Below are positions 34,661 to 43,317 of a stretch of 55,412 nucleotides of DNA, one piece after another. A program made the position numbers and the translations under genes. The notes under the pieces are model-generated. The model was not told the origin of the DNA. It searched no databases and saw nothing but the letters and a program-made list of their open reading frames with translations. Position 1 is the first letter of the stretch. The number at the start of each line of letters is the position of its first letter. Origin of the DNA: an uncultured Candidatus Nemicrothrix sp. (GTDB lineage: Bacteria > Actinomycetota > Acidimicrobiia > Acidimicrobiales > Aldehydirespiratoraceae); the NCBI GenBank assembly GCA_964344055.1, contig CAYFLT010000011.1, positions 1 through 55,412 of the forward strand, written 5' to 3'.

Positions 34661-35623
34661 TTGATGTGGCGCCAGCCCAGCGCGGCCGCCATGAGCAACT
34701 GGGGGGTCCTTTGGCGCTCGCTACGCAGTGGCGTCCCGGATGGGCGCTATCACGACGGTGCGTCGGTGGTCGCTGTCGACGGCCGGGCCGATGGCGTTTC
34801 GCTCACCTTCGCCGACGGCTCTCGTGAGAACTTCGACGTCGTCTTCGGTGCCGACGGATATCGATCGGTGGTTCGAGGTCTGGTGGCCGACGCCACCGAC
34901 CCTGCGTACGCCGGGTACATCCTGTGGCGCGGGAACTTCCCGGAGTCTCGCCTCAGCGACCGCATCGCCATCGACGCGCTCGACGACGACCAGGCGTGGC
35001 TCACCGTGGGATTCGAACGTGGTCACGCGGTGATGTACCCGATCCCGGACTTCGACGACGGTGCCACTCCGGGCCACCGTCGGATCAACTGGGCGATCTA
35101 TGCCCCGCAGCCCGAGGGGCTCGTGATCACCGAACCCTCTTCGATCCCTCCGGGAGCGGTCACTCAGGCGTTGTACGACCAGTTCCTCGATTTGCTGGAC
35201 AAGACGATCCCCCCGTCGCTGCGTCCGTTGTTCGACAGTCCGATCGATGAGGTGTCCATCCAGCCGGTCTATGACGAGTCGATCGACCGGTATGTCCGCG
35301 ACCGGCTCGTTCTGATCGGTGATGCCGGCGCCTTGGCCCGCCCACACACGGGGAGCGGAGCCACGAAGGCGATGCAGGATGCTCGGCTCCTCGAGCAGCT
35401 CGGCGCGGAGAACGAATCGTGGGAGTCGCTGCTCCAGGCCTACGAGGCCGATCGTGTCGCGACTGCGGACACTCTCGTCCAGCTCGGCCGGCGTATCGGT
35501 CGGGATCAGGTGGAGGACACTCCGCCGTGGGCCGCGATGACCCCCGACGACTACGTCAAGTGGACCGAGGGCACCCTCTCGGGCGACAGCCTCTACTTCT
35601 GGGGCACCGACGAAGCTGACTGA
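34661..35623 (+). pseudogene. FAD-dependent aromatic-ring monooxygenase lacking its N-terminal Rossmann/GxGxxG segment (5'-truncated, probably inactive)
   Basis: Track ORF, 320 aa. It starts in what should be residue about 95 of this family. It retains GADGYRSVVR and LIGDAGALARPHTGSGATKAMQDA. A different frame just upstream (34540-34660) reads RLSVRRSTGGLDSVEEPSEGELVA, a possible relic of the missing region. The first roughly 20 codons would lie under the preceding gene. Confidence 0.45.
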
Positions 35624-35721
35624 CCCAGGTCTCCTGCCAGGACTTCGGCCCTACCGATCCCGGAGCCGCGGGCGGATGATGGGGGTTGTGAAGCGGAAGC
35701 GCCCCAAAGGGGGACACTCTC

Positions 35722-36204
35722 ATGACAAACGCAACTCCGACGACTGACGATCCCACGACGAAGAAGGCGTGGCTACCACCCCGTTGGTTCATCCATCTGG
35801 CATGGCGGGTCCACCGTGGCATCTACCGCGTGACCGGTGGGCGCCTGGGGCTCCGGAAGCCGAAGCCTGACGGCTGGGGCACCCTGCGCCTGACCACCAC
35901 CGGTCGCCGAACCGGCGAGGCCCGCAGCGTGATGGTCGGCTACTTCGAGGACGGCCCTGATTTCGTGACGATGGCGATGAACGGATGGGGCGCGGCCGAG
36001 CCGGCATGGTGGCTGAATCTCCAGACCAACCCCGAAGCCGAGATCGACCTCGCCGGTGAACATCGACTGGTCACCGGTCGGGCCGCTCGAGCTGATGAAC
36101 GGGATCGTCTGTGGGCTCGGTGGCGAGAGATCGATGCGAACCTCGACTCCTACGCCTCCCGTCGGCCCACCGAGACCGCGGTGGTGATCCTCGAGCCGCG
36201 GTGA
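35722..36204 (+). CDS. Deazaflavin (F420H2)-dependent nitroreductase family (Ddn-like)
   Basis: Track ORF, 160 aa. Contains LRLTTTGRRTGEARSVMVGYFEDGPDFVTMAMNGWGAAEPAWWLNLQTNPEAEI. GGGGGA Shine-Dalgarno 8 nt upstream. Confidence 0.8.
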   Translation: MTNATPTTDDPTTKKAWLPPRWFIHLAWRVHRGIYRVTGGRLGLRKPKPDGWGTLRLTTTGRRTGEARSVMVGYFEDGPDFVTMAMNGWGAAEPAWWLNLQTNPEAEIDLAGEHRLVTGRAARADERDRLWARWREIDANLDSYASRRPTETAVVILEPR

Positions 36205-36237
36205 CGACTGGACGGAGTTCCAGCGGCCCCAGCCCGG

Positions 36238-36624
36238 TCAGGCTCTGAGGCCGGCCACGATCCCTCTCACCCCGGCGATGATCGCCTCCGCCTTGGGGTC
36301 CTGCATCTCCTGGCTGGGAACGATGCCGCGACCTGACGAGTCATCGGGGAGAAGGGCGGCGATCTCGTTCGCCACCTGACGTTTGACCTCGGACTTGCCG
36401 TCGGACTCTCCCTTGGCCTTCGCAGCCGGCCACGCGAGCACCACGCCGAACGCGGCGCCGACGATCACCCCAACCACAGGTAGCGATGCCCCGAGTACAG
36501 ATACGGCCTCGCTCGCTGTGGCGTACTCGTCGACCACGAGGAGGGTGATCACACCTGTGGCGCCGAGCGCAACCACCACGATCAAGAGCGACCAGACGTT
36601 TGCACCAGATGAATTGTCGGCCAT
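36238..36624 (-). CDS. Small membrane protein, unknown function
   Basis: Track ORF, 128 aa, two hydrophobic segments. Confidence 0.5.
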   Translation of the reverse strand: MADNSSGANVWSLLIVVVALGATGVITLLVVDEYATASEAVSVLGASLPVVGVIVGAAFGVVLAWPAAKAKGESDGKSEVKRQVANEIAALLPDDSSGRGIVPSQEMQDPKAEAIIAGVRGIVAGLRA

Positions 36625-36711
36625 GAGGAACCCTTTCGGGCCCGCGCACCTCCGATGGTACCGAATTCCTGTGCTTGGCTGTCGGTCGTGACGCCGCCTG
36701 GTGCGAGTAGA

Positions 36712-36729
36712 ACGTCCCCGCAGGGACGT
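36712..36729. repeat. Palindrome family copy 3: ACGTCCCCGCAGGGACGT
   Basis: Ends 3 nt below the stop codon (36733-36735) of the minus-strand DUF1214-like gene, so it is immediately downstream of that gene. Confidence 0.8.
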
Positions 36730-36732
36730 GTT

Positions 36733-37914
36733 TCACGGCGCCCAACGTCGAGCGGTGTGAGCCCGCCGAATGCGCAACTCGGCCTGGCGCTCCTCGGGGC
36801 TCACTTCCGGGGTGTCCTCGAGGAGATGGGTACGCAGGTCGCCCATGGACACCAGCTCATACTCGGGGACGGGAGCGTCGGCGGTGCGCTGATATCGGTA
36901 CTGGATGACGCCTTCCCGGTGGCCGCCGGTGTCGAGCCAGTTGGGCACTCCCGGATCGCGGCGAGCGATGACGAGCCGGAAGCGACCGTCGCTGCTCGCG
37001 ACTGCTTGGTCGCCGTTCAGGCTGGACGTGTGGTTCACGTAGTCGATCGATTCCCACCAGAAGTTCTGGAGCACGAACCCCCACAGCAGGGCATCGGGTC
37101 GGTCCAGGGTGATGATCAGGGCCTGGTCTTCTTCGAGGTCGAACCAACCGTGGCCGTAGAGGTTGTCGTCCAGCCCTGCCGCAGTGGCGACCGGTGGACC
37201 GACGGCGTTCGTCAGATCTGCCCTCATGGGTAGGACCCACTCGAACCACGCCGGCACCCGGCCCGCGAACGTCGCCGCGATCTTGGCGAGCTGTCCGTCT
37301 GCGACCTCCGGTGTGAGGGGCTGTGGGGTGGGAACTGGATCCAGCCGTTCGAGCATCATCTCGCTCGGAACCTCGCGCTCCCAGTCACCGAAGTACTGAC
37401 GAATGAAGAGCAGATGGGCCGTGGGATCGAGCTCGAGCCAGGGGCCGCCCCAATCGGCGGGCTGCTCACGGCTGATCATGACCTCGAACGGTTCGCCGGG
37501 TTCGCCGATCTCTTCGTTGCTGAGCGAACCGAACGCCTGGTAGGTAGGTGCCGTCCTGGCCAGCTGCATCGCGGTCAAGCGGGCGGTGCCGAGGGTGCCA
37601 TGCAACCGGTAGCGCCCGTCGCCGTGGATCCGGGCGCTGATGAACTTGCCGTCGGCCGGTTCACCACCCCACTTCTTGGTCTTGTGGAAGCTCAGGCTCA
37701 GCAGGGGCTGAAGGTCGGCCCCGAGGAGCACCTGTTCGATCGCTGCGCTCAGCTGCTGGACGAGGTAGCGGTGTCCTTCGGCACGAGTCAGTTCGTCGTC
37801 GGGCAGGTCCTCTCGGAGGATGATCTTGCCGGCGCTCTTGAGTTCATCGCAGAACGATTCCCACGATTCGCCGCTCATCAGCCGTTGCGCCGCTGGGTTC
37901 CTCGGTGTGGCCAT
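36733..37914 (-). CDS. DUF1214-family protein
   Basis: Track ORF 36733..38079 trimmed to ATG 37914 (MATPRNPAAQ), because the upstream 55 codons run through tRNA-Ser. C-terminal pattern: DPGVPNWLDTGGHREGVIQYRYQ. Confidence 0.65.
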   Translation of the reverse strand: MATPRNPAAQRLMSGESWESFCDELKSAGKIILREDLPDDELTRAEGHRYLVQQLSAAIEQVLLGADLQPLLSLSFHKTKKWGGEPADGKFISARIHGDGRYRLHGTLGTARLTAMQLARTAPTYQAFGSLSNEEIGEPGEPFEVMISREQPADWGGPWLELDPTAHLLFIRQYFGDWEREVPSEMMLERLDPVPTPQPLTPEVADGQLAKIAATFAGRVPAWFEWVLPMRADLTNAVGPPVATAAGLDDNLYGHGWFDLEEDQALIITLDRPDALLWGFVLQNFWWESIDYVNHTSSLNGDQAVASSDGRFRLVIARRDPGVPNWLDTGGHREGVIQYRYQRTADAPVPEYELVSMGDLRTHLLEDTPEVSPEERQAELRIRRAHTARRWAP

Positions 37915-37984
37915 CTCGCTTGGCGACCGTAGCCGACGGGGTTCTCCAGACGCGACGAATCCCGGCCGTGGGGCCGGGATTCGG

Positions 37985-38074
37985 TGGCGGAAGGTATGGG
38001 ATTCGAACCCATGGTGACCCGGAGGCCACAACGGCTTTCGAGGCCGCCCCTTTCGTCCGCTCAGGCAACCTTCC
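37985..38074 (-). tRNA. tRNA-Ser (anticodon CGA), CCA encoded
   Basis: Minus strand reads GGAAGGTTGCCTGAGCGGACGAAAGGGGCGGCCTCGAAAGCCGTTGTGGCCTCCGGGTCACCATGGGTTCGAATCCCATACCTTCCGCCA. Anticodon loop CTCGAAA, long variable arm, T loop TTCGAAT. Confidence 0.9.
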
Positions 38075-38128
38075 GGCAACGAGGTTAGCGGTGGGAGGCG
38101 GGGCGACCCACCCGAATCGTGGTCGGGC

Positions 38129-38938
38129 TCAGGCCGCGATCGGCGACGTCGGCCGGGTGGTGGCGAGGTACTCGTCGTGGAGGTGGGTGAGGAACCTACG
38201 GGCGGCGGTCATCCGCTCGGCGACGTCGCTGACGACCGGGGTGATCTCGGGCGAGGTGCGCCGGGCCTCGTGGTAGGAGCGGGCGCCGAGCCGTTCGAGA
38301 GTGTCCAGGCCGGGCGACGGCGAGGCCGGGTCGGCCAGCGAGAGCACCTCGCCTCCGGTCATGCCGAGGGATCGGCCGACCTGCTCGGCCCGGGACGCCG
38401 AGAGAGGCTCGGGTCCGAGGGCGTCGGCGTGGACGCCGGCCATGAACAGTGCCAGGTCGCCGAACCGGCGAAGGAGCACGACCCGGTCGTCGCTGTCGAC
38501 GGCGACGAGCCAGGTGACGACCTCCCACGGATCTGTGGTGCTGACCGGGAGCGGGTCCGATCCCCAGCCGACCATCGAGGTGAGGAGACGGGCGACGAAC
38601 AGGACCCGACCCGGGGCGGCGACGAACTCCTGGACGGGCTCGACGTCGAACACCGGGAGCCTGCTGCGGGGACCGACCCAGTCGTTCACGTACGAGCTGC
38701 TGAGGAGGTCGTCGGCGGCGAGTCGGGTGAGGACGGCGAAGAACACGAACGGCGAGGTGGCGTCGGTGAGTGAGACCGGCTCGCGCACCGAGCGAACGAG
38801 ATCGGGGTCCGACAGCAGGTCGTGGATCGACCAGGGGCGGCGACGCAGGTCGGCGGCGAGCTCGTCGCGATCGACTCCGGAGGCGGCCGCGAGACTCGAG
38901 AGTTCGTGGTCCGAAAGACCTATCCGCGAGTCAGACAT
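38129..38938 (-). CDS. Hypothetical protein
   Basis: Track ORF 38129..38986. ATG at 38938 (MSDSRIGLSD) preferred. No family recognised. Confidence 0.5.
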   Translation of the reverse strand: MSDSRIGLSDHELSSLAAASGVDRDELAADLRRRPWSIHDLLSDPDLVRSVREPVSLTDATSPFVFFAVLTRLAADDLLSSSYVNDWVGPRSRLPVFDVEPVQEFVAAPGRVLFVARLLTSMVGWGSDPLPVSTTDPWEVVTWLVAVDSDDRVVLLRRFGDLALFMAGVHADALGPEPLSASRAEQVGRSLGMTGGEVLSLADPASPSPGLDTLERLGARSYHEARRTSPEITPVVSDVAERMTAARRFLTHLHDEYLATTRPTSPIAA

Positions 38939-38991
38939 GGAACAGGGTCGGTCGCTCGCGGTTTCACATGAGAGAGCAACCGGCATTTCCT

Positions 38992-39016
38992 GAAACGTCT
39001 CCGCCGGGGACGTTTC
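38992..39016. repeat. Palindrome family copy 4: GAAACGTCTCCGCCGGGGACGTTTC
   Basis: Lies 25 nt downstream of the minus-strand tadA stop (39041). The outer arms GAAACGTC/GACGTTTC are perfect. Confidence 0.75.
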
Positions 39017-39040
39017 GGTCCTCCGGGGATCGGGTCAAGC

Positions 39041-39502
39041 TCAGCCGCGCCGGTCGGCAAAAAAGGCGGTCAGGAGGTCCGCGCACTCTTCGGCCCGGAC
39101 ACCCTGCTGCACCACGAACTCGTGGTTGAGTCGAGGATCTGCACCCAGGTTGTAGAGGGAGCCGCAGGCGCCGGCTTTCATGTCGGCAGCGCCGTAGACC
39201 ACACGGGCAACACGGGCCTGCTGCATCGCTCCTGCGCACATCGGGCAGGGTTCGAGCGTCGCGACCACCGTGGCGCCGTCGAGCCGCCACGAGCCGGTGG
39301 TAGCGGCAGCGTCGCGGATGGCGAGGAGTTCGGCGTGAGCAGTCGGGTCGCCCGTGAGCTCCCTCTCGTTGTGCCGACGAGCCACGACCTCACCGTCCAC
39401 CACGACGACGGCGCCGACGGGCACATCGCCGTGCTCGGCCGCCGCCCGGGCCTCGTCGAGGGCGTGCGACCTGAGTTCGTCGTCCGAGGGTCCGTGGGTC
39501 AC
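39041..39502 (-). CDS. tadA: tRNA-specific adenosine deaminase
   Basis: Track ORF 39041..39664 trimmed to GTG 39502, which overlaps the upstream gene stop (GTGA). Deaminase zinc motifs HAELLAIR and TLEPCPMCAGA. Confidence 0.85.
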   Translation of the reverse strand: MTHGPSDDELRSHALDEARAAAEHGDVPVGAVVVVDGEVVARRHNERELTGDPTAHAELLAIRDAAATTGSWRLDGATVVATLEPCPMCAGAMQQARVARVVYGAADMKAGACGSLYNLGADPRLNHEFVVQQGVRAEECADLLTAFFADRRG

Positions 39503-39927
39503 GCCGTGACGATAGCGGCCTCCCGTGGACCGACGGCCTTCGAGCGGAACCACAGCTGAGCCGCCGCGAAGTCCGCGACGACGAGTGCGACGAGGACGGT
39601 CCCGACCACCCCTGCCCGCGTCAGGTCTACGACCGCGAGGACGACCATGCTCGCCGCGACCCATGAGAGGTCGGCGACCGATACGAGCAGGGAGTCACGG
39701 ACGAGCCGAGCTTCCGACGCGCGGGCCAGCAACAGCACGTCGATTGCGAACAGGATCAGGCCGGCGCCCACGATCCGGGTGAGCGTCACGTGGTCGATGC
39801 CGGCGCCGTCCGACACCCACGACGCTGCGATCAGCGCGATCAGTCCTCCGATCGCGGAGAACCCGGCGTTCAGGCGTAGGACGGTCCGGAGACGGGCAAC
39901 GGCTGGTGAGTTGGTTGTGATGTTCAT
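39499..39927 (-). CDS. Membrane protein (4 TM), unknown function
   Basis: Track ORF, 142 aa. Divergent from the XRE/MmyB-type regulator. Confidence 0.55.
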   Translation of the reverse strand: MNITTNSPAVARLRTVLRLNAGFSAIGGLIALIAASWVSDGAGIDHVTLTRIVGAGLILFAIDVLLLARASEARLVRDSLLVSVADLSWVAASMVVLAVVDLTRAGVVGTVLVALVVADFAAAQLWFRSKAVGPREAAIVTA

Positions 39928-40013
39928 ACGGCGATCGTCTGCGCGGATTGGGCGAAAGGCGATGACCCGACAGGTAATCGAGTCCGTTACCCGGGCTGTC
40001 GTACGCTCGAGGC

Positions 40014-40823
40014 ATGGCTCTCGACACCGTCACTGTGTCATTCGGCGAGGAACTGCGGCGTTGGCGAGAGGCCCGCCGGATGTCCCAGCTCTCGCTGGCC
40101 GAGGCTGCTGAGGTGTCCCAACGTCACCTCTCGTTCCTCGAGACGGGCCGCTCGAAGCCGAGCCGCGAGATGGTGCTCCATCTCGGCCGGGCCCTCGATC
40201 TCCCCTTGCGGGACCAGAACACCCTGCTGGTCACCGCCGGGTTCTCGCCGGAGTATGCGGAGCGGGCCCTCGACGATCCCGACTTCGACGAGGTCCGCCG
40301 AGTGCTCGAAGCCGTGCTGGCCGGCCACGGTCATCTCCCCGCCTACGTGATCGACCGAGGGTGGGACATCGTCCTGGCCAACCCGGCCACGCTCTCACTG
40401 ACCGCGATGACGGGACTCGACATCCCGCTGCGGGTGGCGGTGAACGCCATGCGGACGTGCTTTCATCCGAAGGGTGTCCGCTCCTGCATCGTCGACTGGG
40501 AGCGTTTCGCCACCGTGCTCCTCCACCGTCTCGAGCGCGAACTCGTGGAGCGGCCATTCGACGACCGGCTGGCCGCGCTCGTCGCCGAGGCTCGGACGTA
40601 TCCCGGTGTGGCCGATCTCCCGTCACGCCCGCCCATACCGTCCGGCGACGATCTGATGGTGCCGATGCAACTCGAGACGCCCAAGGGCACGCTCCGGCTG
40701 ATCTCGATGATCGCCACGATCGGAGCGCCGTTCGACGTCACCCTCGAGGAGCTCCGCATCGAGACGCTGCTCCCCGCCGACTCGACCACTGAGACGATCC
40801 TCAGAGAGGCGAGCGACACATGA
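40014..40823 (+). CDS. XRE-family HTH regulator with MmyB-like ligand-binding domain
   Basis: Track ORF, 269 aa. HTH is FGEELRRWREARRMSQLSLAEAAEVSQRHLSFLETGRSKPS. About 190 aa of MmyB-like C-terminus (AYVIDRGWDIVLANP). Confidence 0.75.
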   Translation: MALDTVTVSFGEELRRWREARRMSQLSLAEAAEVSQRHLSFLETGRSKPSREMVLHLGRALDLPLRDQNTLLVTAGFSPEYAERALDDPDFDEVRRVLEAVLAGHGHLPAYVIDRGWDIVLANPATLSLTAMTGLDIPLRVAVNAMRTCFHPKGVRSCIVDWERFATVLLHRLERELVERPFDDRLAALVAEARTYPGVADLPSRPPIPSGDDLMVPMQLETPKGTLRLISMIATIGAPFDVTLEELRIETLLPADSTTETILREASDT

Positions 40824-41221
40824 GCCGATTCCCCGTACCCGACGACATTCCCGATTCACTCCAGCAGTACCTGCTCGTGTGGAACGAGGTCGACCCCGTG
40901 GCCCGACGACAGCGACTCGATGCGGCCGTGACCGACGACGTCGAATGGGTCGATCCGATTCACGCCCATTCCGGCAAGGACGCACTGGAGGAGAACGTCA
41001 CCGGATTCCGCACCGAGTACCCGACCGCGGCACTCGGACTCGGCAGCAACGTCGACGCGCATCACGACCGGTGTCGCTACGAGTGGGCCATCTACACCGA
41101 CGACAAGCTGTTCATGCGGGGGATGGACGTGGTGACGTTCGCCGAGTCGGGCCTCATCGAACGGGTGGACGGCTTCTTCGGCACCCTCGGCCGCTACCGG
41201 CCCAAACCCATCGACATCTGA
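40820..41221 (+). CDS. NTF2/SnoaL-like small protein
   Basis: Track ORF, 133 aa. The start overlaps the regulator stop (ATGA). Confidence 0.55.
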   Translation: MSRFPVPDDIPDSLQQYLLVWNEVDPVARRQRLDAAVTDDVEWVDPIHAHSGKDALEENVTGFRTEYPTAALGLGSNVDAHHDRCRYEWAIYTDDKLFMRGMDVVTFAESGLIERVDGFFGTLGRYRPKPIDI

Positions 41222-41230
41222 CGGCCTGAC

Positions 41231-41980
41231 TCAGAGGCCGGCGTACCAGTCGTAGCCTCGCTGTCCCCAGTAGTCGCGACCCTTGTCGCGGAGGAACTGG
41301 ATCGTGCCGATGCGCTTGATCTGCTTGATCCCGTACTTGATCGGCGTGGCCAACCGCAACGGGGCGCCGTGGTCGAGATCGAGCGGCTGGTCGAACGACT
41401 CGTAGGCGAGCAGGGTCTCGTCGTGGCGCATCGTCGCCATGTCGACACTGACGTAGTAGCCGCGGTCGGGCGTGGTGATCTCGACGTCGGTGATCCCCGA
41501 ACCGAGCCGGTCCTCGTACAGCTCGAGAAAGTCGGCGAAGCGCGCACCGGCCCAATGGGTGACCTGGGCCCAGCCTTCGATGCACTTGTGCTCGATCACC
41601 ATCTCGTGCTTCGGCAACGCCTGGATGTCGGCCAACGTGTGGGTGCCGAGCAGGACCCGATCGGGATCCAACACCGCGAGCCGCCACGAGTCGAGATCGA
41701 TCTCGCTCTCCAGACCCTTGCGGCCGTTCACCCTCAAGATCGACGCATCCGAGCGGGAGAACGACTTGGCCTGATGATCCTCCCGGAAGAGGCTCGACCA
41801 GATCGACTCGTTCACCTCGTGCACGTCGCGCAGCACGCCGGGAATCCGGTTGTCGGCGGGTGACCCCTGCACGGCTCGCCAGCCGAGGAAGCCGGCCAAG
41901 CTCGCCGCCCCGCCGGTGAGGACAGACCGGCGCGATCGCCGTCGGTACTCCTCGTAGGTCAGCTCGTCTCGCTCAGCCAT
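41231..41980 (-). CDS. Molybdopterin-dependent oxidoreductase (sulfite-oxidase/MsrP-like catalytic subunit), Tat signal
   Basis: Track ORF 41231..42061 trimmed to ATG 41980. Tat signal is RRRSRRSVLTGGAASLAGFLG. Also HKCIEGWAQVTHWAGARF. Confidence 0.75.
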   Translation of the reverse strand: MAERDELTYEEYRRRSRRSVLTGGAASLAGFLGWRAVQGSPADNRIPGVLRDVHEVNESIWSSLFREDHQAKSFSRSDASILRVNGRKGLESEIDLDSWRLAVLDPDRVLLGTHTLADIQALPKHEMVIEHKCIEGWAQVTHWAGARFADFLELYEDRLGSGITDVEITTPDRGYYVSVDMATMRHDETLLAYESFDQPLDLDHGAPLRLATPIKYGIKQIKRIGTIQFLRDKGRDYWGQRGYDWYAGL

Positions 41981-42713
41981 CGTCGTCCTCCGGATCCGTG
42001 TCCGGTCCGTCGACCAGCTCATAGCCGGTGACCATCGAGGTGAAGTTCCGCCATCCCGCACGAGCCACCTGCACGATGTGGACGGCGAAGAACAGCACGA
42101 ACGTGATCGTCACCGTGAAGTGGATCCGCCGCGCCATCTCGTAGCCCCCGAACATCTCGGTCAGGAAACTCAACTGGGTCGGCTTGAAGATGGCGAAGCC
42201 GGTCAACATGGCCAGGCCACCGAGCAAGACGATCAGGGTGTAGCTCAACCGCTGGGCTGCGTTGTAGCGGCCGGCCCGGGGAGGTGGCTCCTTGCGAATC
42301 CGGAGGTCGTGAAGCACGACCTGCCAGCTGTCGCGAAGCGCATGCCGGTCGGGAACGAGATGGCGCCATTCGCCGGTGACGAGGGTGTACGCGCCATACG
42401 CGAGCCCGTTGATCACGAACAGCCAGGCAAAGCTGAGGTGGAAGGCGAGCCCACGCGCCAGACGTCGTTCGAGATCGAGCCCGCCGTAGAACCACTCGGG
42501 GAAGAACTCGAACAGCTCCCAATCCAGGATCCCGAACGCGTAGACGTCCTCGGCCCAGTAGATGCGGAGGCCGCTCCAGATCATGATCGTCAGCAGCGGG
42601 AAGTTGATCCAGTGCATCCACCGTGACCCGCGGCGATGACGGAGCACCGCGCGGCGTGGGTCGGCGGCGGACGCCGGCTCGGAGTTGCCGGTCGGCTCGA
42701 TGGTGGTGGTCAT
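41973..42713 (-). CDS. Membrane di-haem cytochrome b-type subunit
   Basis: Track ORF 41973..42872 trimmed to ATG 42713 (MTTTIEP). Contains RWMHWINFPLLTIMIWSGLRIYW and about 4-5 TM segments with conserved His. Overlaps the Mo-enzyme start by 8 nt. Confidence 0.7.
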   Translation of the reverse strand: MTTTIEPTGNSEPASAADPRRAVLRHRRGSRWMHWINFPLLTIMIWSGLRIYWAEDVYAFGILDWELFEFFPEWFYGGLDLERRLARGLAFHLSFAWLFVINGLAYGAYTLVTGEWRHLVPDRHALRDSWQVVLHDLRIRKEPPPRAGRYNAAQRLSYTLIVLLGGLAMLTGFAIFKPTQLSFLTEMFGGYEMARRIHFTVTITFVLFFAVHIVQVARAGWRNFTSMVTGYELVDGPDTDPEDDDG

Positions 42714-42759
42714 CTGCCTGTGAACGTCGGCAGAAGGTGAATGGTTCCCAGCGAGAGCT

Positions 42760-43317
42760 TCAGCCGGCGCCGTCGGCAGGCTCATCGGCCGTCGGCGACT
42801 CCACTCGGTCCTCCGGCCCCGGCTCGGCGCGGGCCATGTACAGCTCATGGCCCACGAAGGCGATGCAGCCACAAACCACGAAGATGTCGGCCACGTTGAA
42901 GACTGCGTACCAACTCACGTCGATGAAATCGACGACCTCACCGGACAGGAAGCCGTCTTCGGCACGGAAGATCCGGTCGAGGAGATTGCCCAGAGCGCCA
43001 CCGAGGATCGTTGCCAGCAGTACGCCCCGGACGAGGGTGGTGACCTTCCAGATCTGCCAGACCAGGAAAGCACAGAGCCCGATGACCAGCACCCCGACCA
43101 GCTGCCCCTGACCGGAGCCGGTGCTGAAGGAGAAGCCGCTGTTGTAGGTGAGGTCGAACTCGAGGGTGGGGATGATGCCGACGGTGTCGCCGTCGGCGAG
43201 TGCCTCTTCGGCCCACCACTTGCTGAGCTGGTCGAGCGCCACCGTGAGCAGCACGATCAGGCCTGCCCACCGGAGCACACTGGGTCGATCCACCGGGCAA
43301 CAGTACCGTTGCGGCAT
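42760..43317 (-). CDS. lspA: Lipoprotein signal peptidase (signal peptidase II)
   Basis: Track ORF 42760..43545 trimmed to ATG 43317. Contains LDQLSKWW, NSGFSFS, LGGALGNLLDR, VVDFID and FNVADIFV. Confidence 0.85.
   Translation of the reverse strand: MPQRYCCPVDRPSVLRWAGLIVLLTVALDQLSKWWAEEALADGDTVGIIPTLEFDLTYNSGFSFSTGSGQGQLVGVLVIGLCAFLVWQIWKVTTLVRGVLLATILGGALGNLLDRIFRAEDGFLSGEVVDFIDVSWYAVFNVADIFVVCGCIAFVGHELYMARAEPGPEDRVESPTADEPADGAG

Noticed and set aside
37915-38079. N-terminal extension of the DUF1214 ORF
   Set aside because: It runs straight through tRNA-Ser(CGA) at 37985-38074. The internal ATG at 37914 is used instead.
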